From a virus, in IMG/VR virus record IMGVR_UViG_3300024999_000041, positions 64,001-128,000 of that record: 64,000 bases of DNA; one strand, 5' to 3'. Shown piece by piece: positions 47,405 through 55,858 of the stretch. Made by a program: the position numbers and the translations under genes. The stretch's first letter is position 1, and each line of letters opens with the position of its first letter. The notes under the pieces are model-generated. The model had not been told where the DNA came from. It saw only the letters and a program-made list of their open reading frames with translations, and made no database searches.

Positions 47405-48549
47405 TATTCTTCCTCGTCTCCAGATAATTCTTTGTGTAGTTGTACATAGTGGTCATAGTTATCTAAATCTGCTTTAGACACTGAGCCAACACCCATACGT
47501 CTTCCTTCTTTTTGAGCTTGCATAGCTTTAACCTTAGCTATAAATTTAGCTTTCTCTATCTGTTCTGGAGTTCCTGCTCCGACAGCACCTCCAGTTCCAC
47601 CCTGAACATCTATCGCATGGAGTTTAGGAATGTTATTTTTTATATTATCCATAAAGCCTTCACTTTTTTCTGGACGGAATTTAACTTTAAGTTTATCCAT
47701 GAGAGCATCAGCTTTATTACCAATCTCTGGGTCTTCCGATTTATGCCAAACTTTAATATTGTTTAAAGCTCTTATTACCTTGGCATACCCTTTTTTATCT
47801 ACTAAGTCAACATAATGTTTAAAAGGAACTTGCCAGAAGTTTTTATCCTCTGGTATCTCTAATAAATCACTATGTTTAACTTTAATCTTGACTTTGGCTT
47901 TTTCGTCGAGTTTTAGAGAATCAATCAATTGATTAATTCGTCCGAAATTTTTACTCTCCATCTTATTTTCCCCATTATCTTTATTATCAATTCTATCCAT
48001 TTTATCTTTAGGAGATTCTTCTTCTCCCCCTTTATCTTCCGTAGATAATTGATTCCATTTTTTATTTACATATTCATCGTCAAAAAAAGGTATTACAAAC
48101 TTCACTCCCTTATAAGAAGAATAATTTTCTTCTGCTTTGTCTCTAAAAACAAAAGTTCTTCTTACTTGAGTACTGTTATAATTTCCATCATCGTCTACTT
48201 CCATATAATGAAATATCATATTGTCATCAACACCATTTCCATATATAAAAGAAAGTTGTCCGAATTCCTTAGCTAACTCTTCTAATTCATCTAAAGATAA
48301 TCCAGTAACTAAATAAGAATTTTCCAAAACTCCTTCAAAATTTCCTTGAAGGGGAAATACCCTCGTATTGGGATGAGTTTTAAATTTCTTTAAAAGAGTA
48401 TAATTTCTTTTATTATTAACAGAGTCGGGTAATCTTTTACCCATACTATTTTCAGCAGTAATAATACCAATACTTAAATTCTTTCCAGACTTTCCTCTTA
48501 GTACTTTTTCCACATCTGAAAAAATAGTTCTTTGCTCTGAGGTTAGCAT
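47404..48549 (-). CDS. SAM lyase (T3 SAMase/DUF3293)-like domain fused to a putative internal head protein
   Basis: GIITAEN...VNNKRN..L...GNFEG..ENSYLV...LAKEFGQ.SFI matches the SAMase motif order with conserved E and Q; second module starts at internal ATG 47961. Confidence 0.6.
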   Translation of the reverse strand: MLTSEQRTIFSDVEKVLRGKSGKNLSIGIITAENSMGKRLPDSVNNKRNYTLLKKFKTHPNTRVFPLQGNFEGVLENSYLVTGLSLDELEELAKEFGQLSFIYGNGVDDNMIFHYMEVDDDGNYNSTQVRRTFVFRDKAEENYSSYKGVKFVIPFFDDEYVNKKWNQLSTEDKGGEEESPKDKMDRIDNKDNGENKMESKNFGRINQLIDSLKLDEKAKVKIKVKHSDLLEIPEDKNFWQVPFKHYVDLVDKKGYAKVIRALNNIKVWHKSEDPEIGNKADALMDKLKVKFRPEKSEGFMDNIKNNIPKLHAIDVQGGTGGAVGAGTPEQIEKAKFIAKVKAMQAQKEGRRMGVGSVSKADLDNYDHYVQLHKELSGDEEE

Positions 48550-48578
48550 TTTTAATCTCCGAATTTAGTTTTCCTAAA

Positions 48579-48589
48579 TATAATATAAA
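48579..48589 (-). promoter_or_regulatory. Putative late promoter TTTATATTATA
   Basis: Exact motif copy ~30 nt upstream of 48549. Confidence 0.6.
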
Positions 48590-48591
48590 TA

Positions 48592-48810
48592 TTACAACCT
48601 TGTTTTTCTAAACTCAAACTTTTTATCGTTTATTAATCCATATAATATAATAGACTCTTTATCACAATCACAAGAAGTTTCCTTACTTCCTAGTTCCAAA
48701 GTATTAGATACTAGTTTAATATTTCCACAAGAATGACATTCTAAGATAGAATAAGTATTCATGGTTAAACTCCTAATTCGTTCCATACTTGTAATATAGT
48801 GCCATAACAA
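48592..48810 (-). CDS. Small Cys-rich protein
   Basis: CHSC...CDC; true start probably MNTYS. Confidence 0.5.
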   Translation of the reverse strand: MLWHYITSMERIRSLTMNTYSILECHSCGNIKLVSNTLELGSKETSCDCDKESIILYGLINDKKFEFRKTRL

Positions 48811-48974
48811 GAATATTCTTTTCCTATCTTATTTCCATCCTTAGTCAAATTCATCACATCTACTAAAATAGAAAAAGGTAACTGTTTTATCTGAACTTTA
48901 TAAGAAAGTTGTTTTAACAATTTAACTTTATCTTTTTTATTTAAACTTATTGACCCGTCTTTCAATATTCTCAT
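48765..48974 (-). CDS. Hypothetical protein
   Basis: AAGGAG RBS. Confidence 0.55.
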   Translation of the reverse strand: MRILKDGSISLNKKDKVKLLKQLSYKVQIKQLPFSILVDVMNLTKDGNKIGKEYSCYGTILQVWNELGV

Positions 48975-49008
48975 AGTATCTCCTTTAACAATATAATTTT
49001 ATAATAAC

Positions 49009-49037
49009 AAAAAGAAGACTATATTTCAAGTCTTCTT
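49009..49037 (-). terminator. Rho-independent terminator
   Basis: AAGAAGACT/AGTCTTCTT stem plus T-run. Confidence 0.6.
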
Positions 49038-49068
49038 CTATAAGTTTGTTACAATACTTATTATTGAT

Positions 49069-49278
49069 TTATTCTTCTTCCCCCCTAAACGTGGGACAAA
49101 CCTCCCAAGACATATCTTCAACACCACAGGTAATTTTAGTTTTACTACAAGTTCCATTAACTTGTTTTTGAGGACAAGTTAATATAGTTCCCAAACTAAA
49201 ACCGCAGGAACCACAGGTGTCCTCTTTTATATCTATCTCACCGCAACTGGGACAGAAAGCTCTCGTATCTTCTGACAT
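49069..49278 (-). CDS. Zinc-ribbon protein (8 Cys)
   Basis: CPSCG..CGSCG..CP..C..C..CP; GGGGAGG RBS. Confidence 0.7.
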   Translation of the reverse strand: MSEDTRAFCPSCGEIDIKEDTCGSCGFSLGTILTCPQKQVNGTCSKTKITCGVEDMSWEVCPTFRGEEE

Positions 49279-49304
49279 GTTATCCTCCCCTTAAACTTTA
49301 TATA

Positions 49305-49949
49305 CTATAAAGATAATCCATTATTCTGTAACATGGCTGCAAACTGAGCTAGGTGCTTACAAAGACCTTGATATTTTCTAACATCTGGATTTCTGGGGGC
49401 ATGAGTTTTTGTTTTCCTGACATAAGGTTTAAATCTTCCTCCAAATTGAATACCAGCAAGCATATTAGACCAAGACCATGTGAAGTAATAATCGCTACAG
49501 GAGCAACGCACCAATACAGATTGTCTTTTCATATCAAACTTCTTTATCCAATAAAACTTATTTTGATACTGTATCCTAAAATGTGTATTGGGGTCATAGG
49601 TAGGATTAACATTAGTATTAACTATAGGTTTTCTTACAGGTATCTGAGGTTTCTCTGAATCTATTATAGTAGGTTCTTGAGTTTCTTCTTCTGCCTGTAC
49701 TGTTTCCGCTACCTCTTCTATTATTTCACAATTCATAAATAATATATTGGATAAGTGAACTGAGTTTTCAGTCAATCCCCAGAAAGAAGCGGATATAAGA
49801 ACCGTCTTAGTTCCTAAAAAAGGAACTATCTGGTTTATTTGTCTCTTAGGAGATTGAGAATAATTTCTTCTCCAAACCGCTGGTTGCCCTTTAGCATTGG
49901 GTATTTGTGTAGCCTTTATCCATATTTGTTCTAGCGTTAATCTAGCCAT
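49305..49949 (-). CDS. SWIM-type zinc finger protein
   Basis: VRCSCSDY...RNP...GLCKHL. Confidence 0.75.
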   Translation of the reverse strand: MARLTLEQIWIKATQIPNAKGQPAVWRRNYSQSPKRQINQIVPFLGTKTVLISASFWGLTENSVHLSNILFMNCEIIEEVAETVQAEEETQEPTIIDSEKPQIPVRKPIVNTNVNPTYDPNTHFRIQYQNKFYWIKKFDMKRQSVLVRCSCSDYYFTWSWSNMLAGIQFGGRFKPYVRKTKTHAPRNPDVRKYQGLCKHLAQFAAMLQNNGLSL

Positions 49950-49978
49950 TTAATTTTCCCCGACAACTTATTACTAAT

Positions 49979-50007
49979 ATTATATCATAAATTAATTAAA
50001 ATATCAA
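49979..50007 (-). promoter_or_regulatory. sigma70/sigmaA-type promoter
   Basis: TTGATA-17 nt-TATAAT with TG. Confidence 0.75.
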
Positions 50008-50306
50008 TAGTCTTCCCTATTGCGTATTAAGTTTATTATATCTACATTATTATTCAGTAAGTCTTTTTTATCTATTGATATAGAATTAATCTTATCTCCT
50101 CCCTTAAATACATCCAATAAAAATTTATTAGGATATTCTTTAACAGTCTTTATGTCGTAACCTTTTTCTCTAGCTAATTTAATTACATTATCCAATTCAT
50201 AGTTAGGTGTGGGTTTGGAATAAGTATCCAATATACCCACTTCTTCTGGACTTAAAACTCCTTCTACTAATTTTAATATCCTTTTCATCATGATTTTAAT
50301 TCCCAT
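50004..50306 (-). CDS. Putative internal head protein (true start likely MKRILKLVE)
   Basis: Shared N-terminal motif. Confidence 0.55.
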   Translation of the reverse strand: MGIKIMMKRILKLVEGVLSPEEVGILDTYSKPTPNYELDNVIKLAREKGYDIKTVKEYPNKFLLDVFKGGDKINSISIDKKDLLNNNVDIINLIRNREDY

Positions 50307-50869
50307 AATTCATTTAAATATTCTACTACAAAACTAGCCTCATCTTCCGTATCCATGTTTTCCAACCATGCTACGGGTATTGGAAATACTCTGGGATTTC
50401 TTTTAGTATCTAATATAGGTTTTCTATTAGACAATATAAATAACTGAGCTAAATAAAAACTAGGGCTTCTAAGTTTACCCGTAACTTGAACTAAGTACCC
50501 TTTTTTATTAAAGGCTGGTAATAGTAACTTATTCACCTTATCCACTACTTCATAAGTAATAGGTAATTTAGGTAATTCTCTATAATATAATTTATTACCA
50601 TAGTACCAATTTCTTATTTCATTTCTATCTTTTTCATGTATCTTTTCTATAAAAGTTTTAGAGATAGTTTTTCCTATCATATCTGAAAAAGCGTTTACTA
50701 GAGGCAGGGGGACTGCTCTTAAAAATCCAGTAGCTAATCCTCCCAAAACATCAGCTAATTCGTTTCCTACCGTGGATAAAACACTTTTTCCTACTCCCTT
50801 CAATAAGGACAAAGCAGGATTTTCTTCATTTATTTTATTACTCAATTCTATTATTTTATTAAACTTCAT
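50288..50869 (-). CDS. Putative internal head protein (start revised to MKFNKIIELSNKINE)
   Basis: Shared N-terminal motif; amphipathic Gly-rich helix. Confidence 0.55.
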   Translation of the reverse strand: MKFNKIIELSNKINEENPALSLLKGVGKSVLSTVGNELADVLGGLATGFLRAVPLPLVNAFSDMIGKTISKTFIEKIHEKDRNEIRNWYYGNKLYYRELPKLPITYEVVDKVNKLLLPAFNKKGYLVQVTGKLRSPSFYLAQLFILSNRKPILDTKRNPRVFPIPVAWLENMDTEDEASFVVEYLNELWELKS

Positions 50870-52940
50870 TATTACTAACCTTATTTTCATTAATAAGTTT
50901 ATTAAAAATATCAAACAGGGGAACTTTCTTGTCCCCCAACTCAAAAACTCTAGTCCTGAAGTACTCTCCTAGAGTCATTTCTTTCTGACCATCATTTATT
51001 ATAGTATCCTCGTTAAACATCCTCTCAAGTAATCTTCTGAATTGTTCTATCTGAGGCTCATTAAAAGATACTCTATCTTGGAGATACTTATCATAATGGT
51101 ATTTATCATCACTAGACGTTTTTATGCCATTCAAAGTTTCAGTGAATAATTGATTACTGTAAGGTTTCTCCTCTGTAGCAAAGTGAATTCTTGTAAATAA
51201 TAAATAAAGTAGGAACAAGGTAGACTTATCGCTAGTGGGTGTAAAAGAAAATCCATAATGTATACATAACTCAATAATAGATTTTAACTGTGTCTCAAAC
51301 CACTGTACTAATTTATTAATACTAGCTTCACTTCTAGCCACTTCTTCTTTACTTAAATAAGATTGTTGATTTTCTGGTTTGAAATCTGGATTATCTGGGG
51401 AAGTATCCCAATCACTAGCTATCTGTCTAGCTATTTCCTCAAAAGTAGTATCTTTAGAAAAAGTGATAGTTAGAAATTTCTTTTCGGCATATATCATAAT
51501 CTTAGGTCTGTGATAATCTGACCATTTGTTTTCCTTATGTGTTTTTTCTCCCCAAGATTTATTTTTATAATAATCGTCATCTACATCAAATTTTATCGCT
51601 ATTCTCCTGCCTTTATTAGTCCAGTACACACTATAGCCGTTTTGATTAGTTCTTAAAGCTTCTTGAGATAACAATTTATCCCCATCTATCATAGCAAGTA
51701 TCATAGATGCTAATTTTCTGGATAACCTTTCTTCGTCTTGAGAAGACATACTGCCAGCTATATAGTCCTCTTTTCCTCCCCTTAACTCATAGATATCTAC
51801 AATTTTAAAAGAATCTCTAGTTAAAAATATGGTTTGTTGAGGTTCCCTAGGATTAATAACAGCACCTTTTTGATTCTTAGCATTATCTATTATACAATCA
51901 AAACCTGCTTTCAGAAATAAACCTGTCTGCTCTTTTCCAGAACGCATCTCCAATTTTACTTTCTCATCACTACTCCAAAAAGGTTTCTTTCCCGATAATT
52001 CATTTACATTTTTTATCTGAACTACGGACATAAAAGCTTTTCTCATAGCATTAGACCCTGTATATCCAAAATACTTCTTAGCTCTTTTCAAAAGGTCTTC
52101 GATTTGAGAAGGCTTAAACCCCATGTTATTTAAAATTATCTCTATTTGCCTATCAGTCATCTCTGTTATATACAGGGGATTCTTAGAATTATCTTGAATA
52201 ACCCTAAGATATTTAGCGTTTCTTCCATACCATATATCAGCAGGGTAATCTATAACATACTTTAAAGGATACCCATATATGCCTACGGGGTCTGTGTGGT
52301 TAGGATTGTCGTAGGGATTCTTATCTATAGTGTTATCATTAAAATTTGAAAAATTAACATATACTCCATAATCGTCTTTCTTCTTAGTATAGTCTTTTCT
52401 GAATTTAATAAAATCTTTGGGATATAAATCAGTCCAAGATATTTCATTAATAATATCTTTTATATCTTTTAAAGATTTATTTTCATTTTTAGGAAAGCTA
52501 TTGAATAAATTTATGGTAGATAAATCCAAAACAACTACTTCCATTATATGACTATCTTCATCCTTAGTTATAACAGAAGTATAACCTTCTCTCATAATTC
52601 TTTTAGCTAATATTTTCCCATTAGTAGTCTTGTACTTACCATGAAGATAATCTTTCCAAAACTTACCATCAGTATAGAATCCTAATTCTAACGGGTTAGC
52701 TTTAGAGTTAAATTTAGCATATATAGTAGCAGTTTTACCTAAACCTTTCCATGACAAGGTTTCTTCGTCGTAGGGTTCATTGGTAACAGAAAAACTAATA
52801 CCGTATAAATCTTTCTTATAGTCCATACCCCAAACTTTGGAAGTTTCTCCAAACTTATTTAAATTAAAGCCACTTCCTAATATGTTAATCTTTGCTTCCT
52901 TGGTAGTGTTATGTGCTAATATCAATTTAGAATAATTCAT
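50859..52940 (-). CDS. Multidomain protein with two ADP-ribosyltransferase-like domains
   Basis: Domain 1 AHNT..GF..GISFS..GYTSV..EVVVLD; domain 2 PVGIYGYP..GFDCIID..EP.Q.IF. Confidence 0.55.
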   Translation of the reverse strand: MNYSKLILAHNTTKEAKINILGSGFNLNKFGETSKVWGMDYKKDLYGISFSVTNEPYDEETLSWKGLGKTATIYAKFNSKANPLELGFYTDGKFWKDYLHGKYKTTNGKILAKRIMREGYTSVITKDEDSHIMEVVVLDLSTINLFNSFPKNENKSLKDIKDIINEISWTDLYPKDFIKFRKDYTKKKDDYGVYVNFSNFNDNTIDKNPYDNPNHTDPVGIYGYPLKYVIDYPADIWYGRNAKYLRVIQDNSKNPLYITEMTDRQIEIILNNMGFKPSQIEDLLKRAKKYFGYTGSNAMRKAFMSVVQIKNVNELSGKKPFWSSDEKVKLEMRSGKEQTGLFLKAGFDCIIDNAKNQKGAVINPREPQQTIFLTRDSFKIVDIYELRGGKEDYIAGSMSSQDEERLSRKLASMILAMIDGDKLLSQEALRTNQNGYSVYWTNKGRRIAIKFDVDDDYYKNKSWGEKTHKENKWSDYHRPKIMIYAEKKFLTITFSKDTTFEEIARQIASDWDTSPDNPDFKPENQQSYLSKEEVARSEASINKLVQWFETQLKSIIELCIHYGFSFTPTSDKSTLFLLYLLFTRIHFATEEKPYSNQLFTETLNGIKTSSDDKYHYDKYLQDRVSFNEPQIEQFRRLLERMFNEDTIINDGQKEMTLGEYFRTRVFELGDKKVPLFDIFNKLINENKVSNNEV

Positions 52941-53557
52941 TATTCTATAACCTCATAGGTTACATTGTTATCATTTAGATATTTTATAAAAGCATCATAA
53001 AATTGATTAGCTATTAAAATATTGGGAGAATCTAGTTCTCCATTCTCTATATTCAAATTAAGCTCATCTCTTAAGTCTCTTCTTTCAGACCTAAGCATGC
53101 CCCCTACTCTCATCTCTTGTAGAAATTTATCTCTATATATTATAATCTTTGTTACATAATCTAAAAAATTAGGTATTTCTATACCCTCTATAGCATAAAT
53201 ACCTTTACCTACTACTCTTTCCTCTGCTTCTACACGTTCTGGGTTACTTTTATCTGCATAGTTATAGTAATTAAAAGGTTCTATTTTATACTTATTAGAT
53301 AATTTATCCCCATCCACTATAAAAACTATAGCTGTACCAGATATACTTCCCCTAGGTACTTTGTTAAAATTTTTATCCCTAGTAAAAGATATGTACCCAT
53401 AACCACCATAACCGCTATCTGGTTGTCTCCTACTAGATTTAAGAGAATTCTCTTTAAGAATATGTATAAATTTATCAGCATTAGTAAAATGATAAAGAGT
53501 TCCTACCTGTTTACCTTCTAACATCTCTATCAAATTTTTAATCTTTTTAATGGACAT
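52940..53557 (-). CDS. ADP-ribosyltransferase-fold protein, putative internal head protein
   Basis: LYHFT..IL..N.L, YISFTR, EAEERV; shared N-terminal motif. Confidence 0.6.
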   Translation of the reverse strand: MSIKKIKNLIEMLEGKQVGTLYHFTNADKFIHILKENSLKSSRRQPDSGYGGYGYISFTRDKNFNKVPRGSISGTAIVFIVDGDKLSNKYKIEPFNYYNYADKSNPERVEAEERVVGKGIYAIEGIEIPNFLDYVTKIIIYRDKFLQEMRVGGMLRSERRDLRDELNLNIENGELDSPNILIANQFYDAFIKYLNDNNVTYEVIE

Positions 53558-53564
53558 AATACAC

Positions 53565-53996
53565 CTAATATACTAACTTACTCATAGGAACCCCGTGAAC
53601 TAACTTTTGTCTTAGTAAGTTATCATGAAAGTCTTTATCCAGAACATTCATTATTTTGCTACTCTCCACTTCTGGATATACTCTCTCTGGTGTTTTAACC
53701 TTAAAAAATTCAATATAATCAGGATTATAGTAAACACCCTTTACTTTATAGTTCTTCTTTAATTGATTAGCTACTTCATCATGTTCTGCATCATCAAAAG
53801 CCCATACGTAAAAGTCTCCGTTAAGAGCTATAAAAAATCTAACAGGAGTTTTACCTCCTCTAGTCATTTTTAATATCTCCCCTTTACTGGGATTAACAAA
53901 AACATCTATGAGGGCATCTTTTTTCCAACTGGTTTTTACAGAACCCGCCCACTCTTCTTTAACATTATTACATAGTTTTAATATTTTGTCAAACAT
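53565..53996 (-). CDS. Putative internal head protein
   Basis: MFDKILKLCNNVKE motif. Confidence 0.55.
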   Translation of the reverse strand: MFDKILKLCNNVKEEWAGSVKTSWKKDALIDVFVNPSKGEILKMTRGGKTPVRFFIALNGDFYVWAFDDAEHDEVANQLKKNYKVKGVYYNPDYIEFFKVKTPERVYPEVESSKIMNVLDKDFHDNLLRQKLVHGVPMSKLVY

Positions 53997-54002
53997 GTCG
54001 AA

Positions 54003-54875
54003 TCAATACCCGAACTCGTACCACTTATCATTGTTATTAAGCATCGTTTGTAACTGGTCTTCTAATACTCTAGCACGGTCTAGCATGGTATCCGCTTGCA
54101 GAGAGAAAGGAAGTCCCGCAGAAGGGTCTAATGTTGCTTGATATTTCAAGCTACCGAATGACCTTAGTACAGCTACAGTGAAAGCTAACATAAAGGGTCT
54201 ATTACTTATATCAAAGTCTCTTATAGCTTTTCTTTTATTGTACATAGTAACAGTTATATTACCCGCACTTGTATCAGTAAGGGTCATATTTACTTTCAAA
54301 GTACTCAAATCTATAGTTCCAGAGCCTAAAGTACCTCCTAGTGTAACAATATTACCTACACGTGATACTTCCGTAGCTATATGTTTAACATTAAGAACAT
54401 CCGTTTTAGATATTTCTAAGCTACCTTGTTTATAATTACATCTTAAAAAGAAATCTATAACAGATTCCCCGTCAATGGTATATGTGGGAGTATCACTTAT
54501 CTGAAAATTACCTATTACATACTCTCTAAGATATACTACGTTAAAAGTAGATGAAAAAATAGACTTTAATATCCTAGTATGAGGGTCAAACCACCACAAA
54601 TTACGTGCTATGGGAGCACTATTTCTGTCAAGATTTGGGTATAGTGGATATTTTAAAGCTAAAACAGATAAAGCATTAGGAATGCTAACACCATTTTGAT
54701 TTACATTCACATTTAAAATATCTCTAACAGGTCTCTTGTTCTGCAATTGTTTAGCAGTGTATACAAATAGTTGTTCTAAATTATCATCATCAAGTCTTAA
54801 AGCTTGTAAAGGTATAAGAAGTTGACCTTCACTTATCTTAACTTGCTTTATAGCTTCTTCAAAAGTCAAAACCAT
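54003..54875 (-). CDS. Putative neck/head-tail adaptor (gp13-like position) with inserted beta domain
   Basis: Helical N- and C-termini, lies downstream of the capsid gene; GSGTIDL insert. Confidence 0.5.
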   Translation of the reverse strand: MVLTFEEAIKQVKISEGQLLIPLQALRLDDDNLEQLFVYTAKQLQNKRPVRDILNVNVNQNGVSIPNALSVLALKYPLYPNLDRNSAPIARNLWWFDPHTRILKSIFSSTFNVVYLREYVIGNFQISDTPTYTIDGESVIDFFLRCNYKQGSLEISKTDVLNVKHIATEVSRVGNIVTLGGTLGSGTIDLSTLKVNMTLTDTSAGNITVTMYNKRKAIRDFDISNRPFMLAFTVAVLRSFGSLKYQATLDPSAGLPFSLQADTMLDRARVLEDQLQTMLNNNDKWYEFGY

Positions 54876-54935
54876 ATAAATACTCCAAAGATAGTTTTAT
54901 CCTACTTAAAATATAAACTATCTTTGTTAAAAATA

Positions 54936-55682
54936 TTATGATTTAGGAGTATTCTTCTTAGAACCTTTCTTCTTAGCAGGTAATGTATTTTCCGACTCTT
55001 TTATTTCTAGGTTAGGGTCTATCGTAACATCTCCTACTAACTCTTCATCTTCTGGATAATTATTATCTGATAATTCGTCTGCATCTAATACAGAAGCATC
55101 GTCGTGATTAAAATCTTTTAATTTATCTAATAGCTCTATATTCTTTTTACTAAATGCTATTTCTTCTTTAATCCCTTTAACTATGGCTAAGTTAGGTTCA
55201 CTATCTTCAAAATTAAATGTAGTCTTCAAGTAAGTTTCTATTTCTTCTTCAGATAAGGGCATCAGTTCAGATTTTATATCCTCAGAGGAATCAGTTTTCA
55301 AAGAAACATATAGTTCGTTTAAATCCTCATTTACATTTTTATTTATATTAATAGCCACATCTCCAGTTACTCTCCTATTAATAGGAATTAACTTTCCCTC
55401 GTCAGTAACTTGGTTGAATAAAGATTCTTCTGGTTCCTCGTCGTACAATCCCATCTCTTGGGAAAGCCTTGAAAGTTTACTCAATCCATCTTCTTCTATA
55501 ATTTCTTCTAAAATTATATCGCCTTTAAATATTCTTATAGTCTCAGTAAGATGATTTATATAATAGTTATCTAATAATTCCTCTTCACCGTCTGGAGGAA
55601 TATTAAATACTTGTTTCATTCCATTAACACTCACACCGATAACCCTATTAGATTTATTTATTAATTTATATCTTTTATCCAT
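54936..55682 (-). CDS. Acidic hypothetical protein
   Basis: ORF with AAGGAG RBS and two sigma70 promoters. Confidence 0.65.
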   Translation of the reverse strand: MDKRYKLINKSNRVIGVSVNGMKQVFNIPPDGEEELLDNYYINHLTETIRIFKGDIILEEIIEEDGLSKLSRLSQEMGLYDEEPEESLFNQVTDEGKLIPINRRVTGDVAININKNVNEDLNELYVSLKTDSSEDIKSELMPLSEEEIETYLKTTFNFEDSEPNLAIVKGIKEEIAFSKKNIELLDKLKDFNHDDASVLDADELSDNNYPEDEELVGDVTIDPNLEIKESENTLPAKKKGSKKNTPKS

Positions 55683-55711
55683 TAAAAAACTCCTTATCGA
55701 ACTACTAATAT

Positions 55712-55796
55712 ATTATAACATACCTAATTTAAAAAGTCAACATTAGGATATCTTAGATTATGCCTATAGTATACCATGATTATTATATAATGTCAA
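55712..55796 (-). promoter_or_regulatory. Tandem sigma70/sigmaA promoters
   Basis: TTGACT-17-TATAAT (55712-55740) and TTGACA-17-TATACT (55768-55796), both with TG. Confidence 0.75.
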
Positions 55797-55802
55797 TATA
55801 GA

Positions 55803-55832
55803 AATAGAGATGGTTTTTAAACCATCTCTATT
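55803..55832 (-). terminator. Terminator after the major capsid gene
   Basis: 14-bp perfect inverted repeat AATAGAGATGGTTT/AAACCATCTCTATT. Confidence 0.75.
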
Positions 55833-55858
55833 ATTGATTCTATGTTTATTACAGAGTC

